Assembly (NCBI GenBank): GCA_964652565.1
Contig: CAZZEC010000010.1
Coordinates: 194-64,193, forward strand
Source of the DNA: an uncultured Bacteroidia bacterium
GTDB lineage: Bacteria; Bacteroidota; Bacteroidia; J057
DNA length: 64,000 bases
Direction of reading: 5' to 3'
Below the pieces are notes generated by a model. That model did no database searches. It saw only the letters and a program-made list of their open reading frames with translations, and was not told the DNA's origin. The first letter of the stretch is position 1; each line of letters opens with the position of its first letter. A program made the translations under genes and the position numbers. Of this stretch, positions 56,644 to 64,000 are shown piece after piece.

Positions 56644-57237
56644 TTGCTTGGTACTAAGTTGGCACTAAGATGTACGAGATACTTTGCTTGAGATGTCTAA
56701 AACAAATATATTTATTTCATATAAATATATCCCACCCGATCTAACCAACATAAAAATTGTATGAACCGTCATATTTCCTACTTCAATTGTGCATAAAAAT
56801 ACATTTATTATTAATTAAACCTAACATGCTAAATATTTAAAATAATATCTTCAAAATCTACTACAGTAAATATTTAATGTATTTAATCAATTTTTTTATA
56901 ATTATTAATCATTATTCTTACATGTATATATTATCAATTAATTTATTTTTCAGTCATAATAATACTTTATGATATATGATAATATCAAGAGTTATAAATA
57001 TCTAGTAGCACTTAATATCTATGTATATAACGGAGGGCTTTACTGAGATTCATTAGTCATAATTCATTTGTGATTATTTTTAATTAATATATTAACTAGC
57101 ATATAAAATGTTTGTATATTGCATACATGTACCCAACAGTGGAACTATAAAATGAATTGCACATACTACAACAAGCTTACAGCATAACAACTACTCTTTC
57201 CAGGTCTCCCTTTCTAAGTAAAAAAGACATATCAAAC

Positions 57238-57272
57238 TGACTAAATGGCATTCAAAAATGTCGTTTTGGCAT
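57238..57272 (+). promoter_or_regulatory. Two TGnC-N5-GGCA(T) elements upstream of clpB (same element as upstream of hsp20)
   Basis: TGAC-TAAAT-GGCAT (57238-57251) and TGTC-GTTTT-GGCAT (57259-57272). The last TGGCAT starts 61 nt before the ATG, versus 60 nt for hsp20. Confidence 0.3.
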
Positions 57273-57327
57273 GTATTCGTGTATGGAAATATTTTTGCAA
57301 GGGGATAATAGCAATAGAGATTGAATT

Positions 57328-59934
57328 ATGAATTTGAATAACTATACATTAAAAGCACAAGAAGCGATACAACAAGCTGCAGAAATCGCTAAAGAGTATA
57401 AGCAACAAGCGGTTGAGACTGGGCACTTGTTGAAAGCCTTGCTGGAAGCAGAAGAAAGTATCATTCCCTATATATTAAAAAAACTAGGGGTGAATCCAGG
57501 ATTTCTTGCTCAAAAATTGACGGAAAAGATTGATTCATATCCCAAAGTAACGGGAGCTACAGGGGGACAATATATCTCAAATGATCTCCACCAGGTACTT
57601 GAGGAAGCAAATAAAGAAGCGGGAACATACCAGGATGAGTTTATTAGCATCGAGCATTTATTGCTTGCACTCGTAAAAACGGGAAATGGAGTGGGTACTT
57701 TACTAAAGGAGCAAGGTATTTCAGAGAAAAACCTTAAGAAGGTAATAGAAGAAATACGAGGGGGAGAACGTGTAACAGATCAAAACCCTGAAGCAAAATA
57801 TAATGCGCTTCAGAAATATGCACGTAACCTCAATGAAATGGCTCGCAAGGGTAAATTGGACCCAGTAATTGGTAGGGAAGATGAGATTCGTCGTGTAATA
57901 CAGATATTATCCCGACGTACCAAAAACAATCCAGTGCTAGTAGGGGAACCAGGAGTAGGTAAAACTGCCATTGCCGAAGGACTTGCTCATAGAATCATCC
58001 AGGGAGATGTCCCTGAAAATCTCAAGTCTAAAACAGTTTTCTCATTGGATATGGGATCATTGATAGCAGGAGCTAAGTTTCGGGGAGAATTTGAAGAGAG
58101 GCTTAAGGCCGTTGTGAAAGAAGTAGTTGCAGCTGAGGGGGCCATCGTCCTCTTCATAGATGAGATCCATACCCTTGTAGGTGCAGGGAAAACGGATGGG
58201 GCAATGGATGCGGCAAATATCCTCAAGCCAGCCCTTGCCAGAGGTGAACTTCGTGCCATAGGTGCCACTACCTTAGATGAATACCAGAAATATATAGAAA
58301 AGGATAAGGCACTAGAAAGACGATTTCAATCCGTTATTATAGATGAACCTTCTGTAGAAGATACGATTTCTATCCTGAGAGGAATCAAAGAAAAATACGA
58401 AGTACACCATGGAGTGAGAATAACCGATGGAGCGATAGTTGCTGCGGCAGAACTATCTGACAGGTACCTTTCAGATCGTTTTTTACCAGATAAAGCGATA
58501 GATCTGGTAGATGAATCTGCAGCTAAGCTTCGTCTGGAAATGGATTCTATGCCGCAGGCCTTGGATGAAGTAGAAAGGAAAATACGCTATCTGGAAATTG
58601 AACGAGAAGCGCTAAAAAGAGAAAATGAAATTCAGAAAATAACTGAAATAGACGAACAAATAGCCAATCTCGATGATGAAAGGAAAAGACTAAAGGCACA
58701 TTGGGAGCAGGAAAAGGATATCATCCTGAATATTCGGGAATCCAAACAGAAACTTGAAGCTTATAAGTTAGAAGCTGAAAAAGCCGAGCGTGAAGCAGAC
58801 TTTGGAAAAGTTGCTGAGATCAGATACGGCAAAATGGTAGAGGAAGAAAACAAAATTGAAACCCTCAAACAACAACTGGATGAGTTTCAAGCAGACTTGA
58901 GAATGATGAAGGAAGAGGTTGAAGCAGAGGACATCGCTGATATTATCTCTCGATGGTCTGGAATACCCGTCAGCAAAATGGTAGAAAGTGAAAGACAAAA
59001 ATTACTGCGTCTGGAAGATGAATTACATCAGCGGGTAGTAGGTCAGGATGAAGCAATAGAAGCCGTGTCAAATGCTATTCGAAGAAGTCGAGCAGGATTA
59101 CAAGACCCCAATCGGCCTATTGGCTCGTTCATTTTTCTGGGGCCTACGGGAGTGGGTAAAACTGAATTGGCAAAAACACTCGCAGAGTTTTTGTTTGATG
59201 ATGAGCGGAATATTGTGAGAATAGATATGTCCGAATATCAAGAAAAACATACTGTGAGTAGACTGGTAGGAGCGCCTCCAGGATACATAGGGTATGATGA
59301 AGGAGGACAATTAACGGAAGCCGTGAGAAGAAAGCCGTATTCTGTTGTATTACTGGATGAAATTGAAAAAGCTCATCCCGATGTATTTAATGTATTGTTA
59401 CAAGTATTGGACGATGGAAGATTGACTGACAACAAAGGAAGGACTGTCAATTTTACTAATACCATTGTAATAATGACTTCCAACTTGGGTTCTCACTACA
59501 TACAGGAAAAATATGAAGAGTTGGATGAGACAAACAAAGAAGCATTGATGGTCATCATCAAAGAACAAATTTTGGAAATGCTCAAAAAGCAACTGAGACC
59601 AGAATTTGTAAATAGAATTGATGAAATTATCGTGTTTGCGCCATTAAGTAGTGAAGACCTCAGACAAATTGTAGAATTGCAGGCACATCAATTGATCGGA
59701 AAGCTTGAGGATCTCAACATACATCTCAGTTTTACTGATGAAGCACTGGATGTCATAGGAAATCTGGGGTATGACCCCCAATTTGGCGCCAGGCCTGTGA
59801 AAAGAATACTACAAAAAGAAGTAATAAATCTTCTTTCAAAGGAAATTTTAGCTGGCACAATTAGCAAAGATGCTCAGATTAAAGTGATCGCTCAAAATGG
59901 TCAGATTAAGTTTAGCGAGGACGTCCTCGCATAA
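57328..59934 (+). CDS. clpB: ATP-dependent chaperone/disaggregase ClpB
   Basis: 868 aa. Clp_N repeats, two AAA+ modules ([15 protein letters not shown]; [15 protein letters not shown]), a long coiled-coil middle domain, and the signature [21 protein letters not shown]. Confidence 0.97.
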   Translation: MNLNNYTLKAQEAIQQAAEIAKEYKQQAVETGHLLKALLEAEESIIPYILKKLGVNPGFLAQKLTEKIDSYPKVTGATGGQYISNDLHQVLEEANKEAGTYQDEFISIEHLLLALVKTGNGVGTLLKEQGISEKNLKKVIEEIRGGERVTDQNPEAKYNALQKYARNLNEMARKGKLDPVIGREDEIRRVIQILSRRTKNNPVLVGEPGVGKTAIAEGLAHRIIQGDVPENLKSKTVFSLDMGSLIAGAKFRGEFEERLKAVVKEVVAAEGAIVLFIDEIHTLVGAGKTDGAMDAANILKPALARGELRAIGATTLDEYQKYIEKDKALERRFQSVIIDEPSVEDTISILRGIKEKYEVHHGVRITDGAIVAAAELSDRYLSDRFLPDKAIDLVDESAAKLRLEMDSMPQALDEVERKIRYLEIEREALKRENEIQKITEIDEQIANLDDERKRLKAHWEQEKDIILNIRESKQKLEAYKLEAEKAEREADFGKVAEIRYGKMVEEENKIETLKQQLDEFQADLRMMKEEVEAEDIADIISRWSGIPVSKMVESERQKLLRLEDELHQRVVGQDEAIEAVSNAIRRSRAGLQDPNRPIGSFIFLGPTGVGKTELAKTLAEFLFDDERNIVRIDMSEYQEKHTVSRLVGAPPGYIGYDEGGQLTEAVRRKPYSVVLLDEIEKAHPDVFNVLLQVLDDGRLTDNKGRTVNFTNTIVIMTSNLGSHYIQEKYEELDETNKEALMVIIKEQILEMLKKQLRPEFVNRIDEIIVFAPLSSEDLRQIVELQAHQLIGKLEDLNIHLSFTDEALDVIGNLGYDPQFGARPVKRILQKEVINLLSKEILAGTISKDAQIKVIAQNGQIKFSEDVLA

Positions 59935-60041
59935 AAATTTTATCGGAATTGAAAATAGTCTTTTTTGAGACATTTATTGGGTGACTGACAAACCAAAAAA
60001 TTCCTTATATTTGAATCGGATGTTTTCATGGTTGTTAAGTG

Positions 60042-60073
60042 CCTCTGTGTTGGGAAGCACAGGGGCTTTTTTT
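60042..60073 (+). terminator. Rho-independent terminator after clpB (touches the 3' end of the convergent gene)
   Basis: CCTCTGTG-TTGGGAAG-CACAGGGG (8-bp stem, one G-U pair) followed by CTTTTTTT. Confidence 0.6.
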
Positions 60074-60842
60074 ACAGTGGAATCTTCTGGTCTTTGAGAA
60101 ATGGTAGTTTATCTCTTACAGCATGTACATTTTCAATTTCCAGGGTACATTCTACTACCCCTTCCTGCTCCTTGAGACATACAAGATCTTTGCCTAATGG
60201 ATCGATAATCGTAGAATACCCATTGTAATTGAGTGATGAATGATCCTGACCTACCCTATTTACTCCCATAACATACGATTGATTTTCGATAGCTCTGGCT
60301 TTCAGCAACGTAGTCCAATGGTCTATGCGGGTCGATGGCCAGTTTGCTACATATACCAATAGATCATATCGTCCTTCTTCATTTGGGTTATTTCTACTCC
60401 ATTCAGGAAATCTTAAATCATAACAGATCATCGGACATATCCTCCATTCACCAATCTGGAAAATGGTTTTATAACTCCCTGGGCTATAATATTGATCCTC
60501 GCCCGCCAATGAAAAGGGATACCTTTTGTCATACGTTGATATCAACCCCTTTTCATTGACAACTACCCATCTATTATAATATCTGCCATTTACTTCTATT
60601 ATAAGACTTCCCGCGAGATGCGTTTGATATTTTCTCGCTTCGTTACACATCCATTGAATTGTATCCCCATTCATAGATTCTGCCATTTCTATTGCGTTCA
60701 TACTAAATCCAGTAGAAAACATTTCTGGCAAAATGATCAGATCCGATGCCACTTGCATTGACTTAAGCATTTCACTAACCTTTGCTCGATTTGCGGAAGG
60801 ATTTTCCCACAGTATGTCTAATTGAAGACCTAAAACATGCAT
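60072..60842 (-). CDS. carbon-nitrogen hydrolase family amidase (YafV/omega-amidase-like)
   Basis: 256 aa, collinear by eye with E. coli YafV. LPEMFSTGF (Glu), YDKRYPF (Lys), ICYDLRFPEWSR (Cys), LLVYVANWP and ARAIENQ. Confidence 0.85.
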   Translation of the reverse strand: MHVLGLQLDILWENPSANRAKVSEMLKSMQVASDLIILPEMFSTGFSMNAIEMAESMNGDTIQWMCNEARKYQTHLAGSLIIEVNGRYYNRWVVVNEKGLISTYDKRYPFSLAGEDQYYSPGSYKTIFQIGEWRICPMICYDLRFPEWSRNNPNEEGRYDLLVYVANWPSTRIDHWTTLLKARAIENQSYVMGVNRVGQDHSSLNYNGYSTIIDPLGKDLVCLKEQEGVVECTLEIENVHAVRDKLPFLKDQKIPL

Positions 60843-61006
60843 ATCTCAATTATTTTAGGCAAATTAATAATTTTTACTACCCCTGTCTCACAACTTTGTT
60901 CAGAAAAAGTTATCATTGCAGTATTGAATGTGTATTTTACTGGTAAAGTTGGGTCTAAGGAGTTGATCTAACGCTAAACGTACTGACATACTGTAGTCAA
61001 AAGATT

Positions 61007-62500
61007 ATGAGCAGCGCTGCAATATTTTACTATAGCCTTTTTGCCCTACTTGTTTTAGGAATCAGGGTGGGATTATATGGTCTATTCCAAAAAGCAGGAG
61101 AGCAAGGGTGGAAAGCCTTTATACCTGTATATAGCGATTATGTTTGGCTTCAAATAATAGGAAAACCAGCATGGTGGGTTGTGCTAACACTTATCCCTGT
61201 GGTGAGAACGCTTATCAAGATTTCAATGAATATTGAAATCGTAAAATCATTTGGTAAATATACCTTTGGGCAACATACGCTGGCGGTGATACTTCCATTT
61301 TATTATTTCCCCAAAGTCGGATGGGACCAAGAGTCAAAATATCTCGGCCCTCCAGATACTCACAAAAATATCCCACAAAAATCAGGAATCAGAGAATGGG
61401 CTGATGCATTTTTGTATGCAGGTGTAGCCGCTCTTATCATACGAACATTCTTCATTGAGGCATTCATGATTCCCACGAGTTCTATGGAACGCACGTTAAT
61501 GGCTGGGGATTTTTTATTTGTAAGTAAATTTCACTACGGTCCTCGTATGCCTATGGTCCCCCTTGCTGTCCCATTCGTCCACAATAAAATCAAGATCGGA
61601 AATACCATCCTCCCATCATATCTCGATGTTGTGAGACTCCCCTATTTTAGACTTCCCGGATTAGAAAAAGTAGAGCGCAATGATATCGTGGTGTTTAATT
61701 TTCCTGCCCACGACATCCAGGATTTAAATGATGGCGCAGGTTTTGTAAAACCCGTAAGCCTAAAAGAAAATTATATCAAAAGATGCGTTGCTATCCCGGG
61801 AGATAAATTTGAGATTAAAGATCAACAGATCTATATCAATGATCAAATAGGAGAAAATCCTCCTAATATGCAGTATCAATATCGTGTAACCACCAACGGT
61901 ACGGGATTTCCTTACAGCCGTATGAAAGAATTAGGATTTCGTAAACTCAATAGCGATAACCCTAACTTCGTACAGATCGATCAAAACGTCTATCTGTTCT
62001 GGATGCCTGAAGATATTGCCGAGAAAGTTAAAAGTTTTAGCAATGTGACTGACTTCGAGATTCTATATCAACCCAAGGATCGATACGACGAAGTAGGTAA
62101 AGTATATCCTCAATACGGTAACTCTCAAGGACAATTGTTTAAACACAATATTGATAATTTTGGGCCTATTGTTATTCCGGCAAAGGGTATGACTATACCC
62201 TTGAATAACAAAAATGTATCCTTATACGCTAGAATAATTGAAGCCTATGAAGGTCACGAACTCGATGTAGATGTTACCAATCAACAGGTATTAATCGATG
62301 GTCAATCCAGTGATACATATACTTTTGAAATGAATTATTATTTTATGATGGGAGACAATCGACACAATTCAGAAGATGGTAGATATTGGGGGTTTGTACC
62401 AGAGAATCATATCGTAGGTAAACCATTATTTATCTTTTTCTCATATGAATCTGAGTTTGGGGTCAGATTCAGTAGGATAGGGTCAAAGCATATAAACTAG
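61007..62500 (+). CDS. lepB: signal peptidase I with N-terminal membrane extension (DUF5684-like)
   Basis: 497 aa. Catalytic Ser box IPTSSMERTL, GDFLFVSK, Lys box YIKRCVAIPGD and GDNRHNSEDGRYWGFVP. The N-terminal about 110 aa (GLFQKAGEQGWKAFIPVYS...) is like the extension seen on Bacteroidota LepB. Confidence 0.9.
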   Translation: MSSAAIFYYSLFALLVLGIRVGLYGLFQKAGEQGWKAFIPVYSDYVWLQIIGKPAWWVVLTLIPVVRTLIKISMNIEIVKSFGKYTFGQHTLAVILPFYYFPKVGWDQESKYLGPPDTHKNIPQKSGIREWADAFLYAGVAALIIRTFFIEAFMIPTSSMERTLMAGDFLFVSKFHYGPRMPMVPLAVPFVHNKIKIGNTILPSYLDVVRLPYFRLPGLEKVERNDIVVFNFPAHDIQDLNDGAGFVKPVSLKENYIKRCVAIPGDKFEIKDQQIYINDQIGENPPNMQYQYRVTTNGTGFPYSRMKELGFRKLNSDNPNFVQIDQNVYLFWMPEDIAEKVKSFSNVTDFEILYQPKDRYDEVGKVYPQYGNSQGQLFKHNIDNFGPIVIPAKGMTIPLNNKNVSLYARIIEAYEGHELDVDVTNQQVLIDGQSSDTYTFEMNYYFMMGDNRHNSEDGRYWGFVPENHIVGKPLFIFFSYESEFGVRFSRIGSKHIN

Positions 62501-62504
62501 GCTT

Positions 62505-62852
62505 CTAGGAACTAAAGATCCCTTCGGACTCAAAGTAACTAAGTATGTGTTCTTTAAGGAGATACTCCTGACTAAAAATATCAGTATGAGGAAGAGGTTT
62601 TAGCAATTTCCAATGTGGCCATCCTTCCTGGTCGGTATGCGTCAATTCATAATAACCCGACAGGGATAGAAGCTTACAAATCGCGATATGCATAAGGTCA
62701 ACCTTCTGTTCTTTACTAAAGTCCTGGGGCTGAGCACCTAATTCTCTCACTCCAATTAAAAAAAGTATTCCTTCCAGCGAAAGTTGTTTCCCAAACCTTT
62801 CTTCCAGCCAGTGCTCCATATGTTTCCATCTCACAGATAATTCCTGTTCCAT
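62505..62852 (-). CDS. hypothetical protein
   Basis: 115-aa ORF with an ATG start, tightly packed between neighbours. No family recognised. Confidence 0.45.
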   Translation of the reverse strand: MEQELSVRWKHMEHWLEERFGKQLSLEGILFLIGVRELGAQPQDFSKEQKVDLMHIAICKLLSLSGYYELTHTDQEGWPHWKLLKPLPHTDIFSQEYLLKEHILSYFESEGIFSS

Positions 62853-62869
62853 ATATATTCTCCAAGATC

Positions 62870-63301
62870 CTACTTAAATCCAAAAATTTTTAACTGTACG
62901 TACATATTTTGCCTGTTGTAATATTCCCAAGCATTTACCTCTCCAACTCTCATCCATATTCCTAAAGGTGCTTTTTTTTCAATTTTGCGCTCAAGCCTAC
63001 ATAAATAACTGTATCCTGAAGGATTCTTCCTAACAAATTCCGGAAGGATTTCCTTATCCAATTCCCAGGTTGAAACGTTTGTACCGGTTTTGTCAGGTAT
63101 ATTATCCCTATCAACTCGCAATATGTCTGCGCTGGGATACATCATCTTTCCCATGAGATAATCTACAGTGGGCGAAGATTGTATAGGTTGTTTCCAATGT
63201 AGGGTAAGAGTTTGTTGAGCCAAACATACTTTTATATTACTCAACATAATAAGCAATGGCCACATAATTAAAAACGAAATATTCAAGTTTGTACTCATCA
63301 T
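62870..63301 (-). CDS. hypothetical secreted protein
   Basis: 143-aa ORF with an N-terminal hydrophobic signal-like segment (LIMWPLLIMLSNIKVCLA). No family recognised. Confidence 0.45.
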   Translation of the reverse strand: MMSTNLNISFLIMWPLLIMLSNIKVCLAQQTLTLHWKQPIQSSPTVDYLMGKMMYPSADILRVDRDNIPDKTGTNVSTWELDKEILPEFVRKNPSGYSYLCRLERKIEKKAPLGIWMRVGEVNAWEYYNRQNMYVQLKIFGFK

Positions 63302-63570
63302 GTTCTATACATAATAACTAAAGATACTCTTTTCCAAAAATACTATTTTGATATTTGATCGATCTTAATGAAATTAAAGGCATATCTATTTATAATACTT
63401 TAACTTCGCATTTTAGTTAACATGTTGTTTGTCAAATGGCTAACAATTAATTTCAGATCTTATTTCCCAAAAAAATTTACGCGCATAATTATTTGTCTTT
63501 TCTCACTTGTCTCTATCATTCCAGCAGCGTCTATCATTCATATCTCTTAGTATTATGAAATATTCGCATC

Positions 63571-64000
63571 ATGCCAGCAAAATCAAGAAAATTATGGAAT
63601 ACGCTTACATATTTAAATGATAAGGAAAAAAGTAAGTTGTTAAAATGGATTTGTTACGAACTGGAAAACAGACAAGAATATGTTAAACGTCTCGCAGAAA
63701 TAGTATTGACGTCGGAAGGAACAATTGATGACTCCAACATTTGGAGTCTTCTGTACCCAGATACTCCTTACAATGACGGAAGGCTTAGAAAGCTATTTCG
63801 GGATGTATGCGCTCTGATAGAAGAATATCTTGCCATCGAATCCTTTAGATCAGATCTAAGTCAAAAACCCTTATATCTCCTCAAAGAATATAGGCAACGT
63901 GAGGCCCATGACTTATTTCTCAGCTATTATCGCAAACTCAAGAAAGAGATGGAATCTGAAACATTGAAAAATGCAGATTATTTTAGAAGAAAATATCTCT
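63571..64000 (+). CDS. 5' part of an unidentified protein gene running off the window end
   Basis: ATG at 63571, open to the window edge (MPAKSRKLWNTLTYLNDKEKSKLLKWICYELENRQEYVKRL...). It looks helical/repeat-like. No family recognised. Confidence 0.4.
   Translation, partial: MPAKSRKLWNTLTYLNDKEKSKLLKWICYELENRQEYVKRLAEIVLTSEGTIDDSNIWSLLYPDTPYNDGRLRKLFRDVCALIEEYLAIESFRSDLSQKPLYLLKEYRQREAHDLFLSYYRKLKKEMESETLKNADYFRRKYL

Noticed and set aside
60028-60228. 66-aa plus-strand ORF after clpB
   Set aside because: It contains the clpB terminator hairpin and overlaps the convergent amidase gene, so it is not credible as a gene.
1-64000. Looked for CRISPR arrays, tRNA/rRNA genes, IS elements, integrases, phage or defence-system genes (RT, nucleases, TA pairs)
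   Set aside because: I saw no regularly spaced direct repeats. No T-loop-like GGTTCGAATCC-type strings occur in intergenic DNA. No transposase, integrase, restriction or reverse-transcriptase motifs appear in any sizeable ORF. The only mobile-element-related trace is the 27-codon Rpn-like stump at 453-536.

Overview
This is a 64-kb chromosomal window that looks like a Bacteroidota genome. The evidence is three proteins ending in T9SS (Por) C-terminal sorting domains, a BshA bacillithiol glycosyltransferase, a DUF4834-like protein, and a long LepB with an N-terminal membrane extension. About 50 protein genes are densely packed on both strands. I saw no rRNA, tRNA, CRISPR array, transposase or integrase. 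In order, the window contains: (1) a minus-strand sulfide/sulfur-handling island at 530-8569 (AraC-cydAB, MBL-rhodanese putative persulfide dioxygenase, tandem USP, rhodanese, Crp/Fnr regulator, split YeeE/YedE), with a divergent cysteine-dioxygenase-like cupin::SAM-methyltransferase fusion; (2) housekeeping genes (polA, NSS transporter, hsp20, ggt, bshA, an isolated nuoJKL, phoD, mnmA, moxR, acetoacetyl-CoA synthetase, mnmD, mscS, lutABC, hisA-hisF-hisE, uxaB, clpB, yafV-like amidase, lepB); (3) an accessory-looking block at 48.6-57.3 kb with two tandem paralogous giant T9SS surface proteins (choice-of-anchor-A + 2x GEVED + CTD) that carry different N-terminal modules, each preceded by a ~0.7-kb extremely AT-rich non-coding tract. 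The sequence-level signals I consider most worth following are: four CRP-type palindromes (CAGTGAT-N4-ATCACTG) in front of each transcription unit of the sulfur island; a TGnC-N5-GGCA / TTGGCAT motif at the same distance upstream of both chaperone genes (hsp20, clpB); the cupin::methyltransferase fusion; the giant paralog pair; an unannotated MetS-like micro-ORF; and two decayed gene remnants (TipAS-type, Rpn/PDDEXK_2-type). All functional calls come from motif and family recognition by eye. No database search was run.
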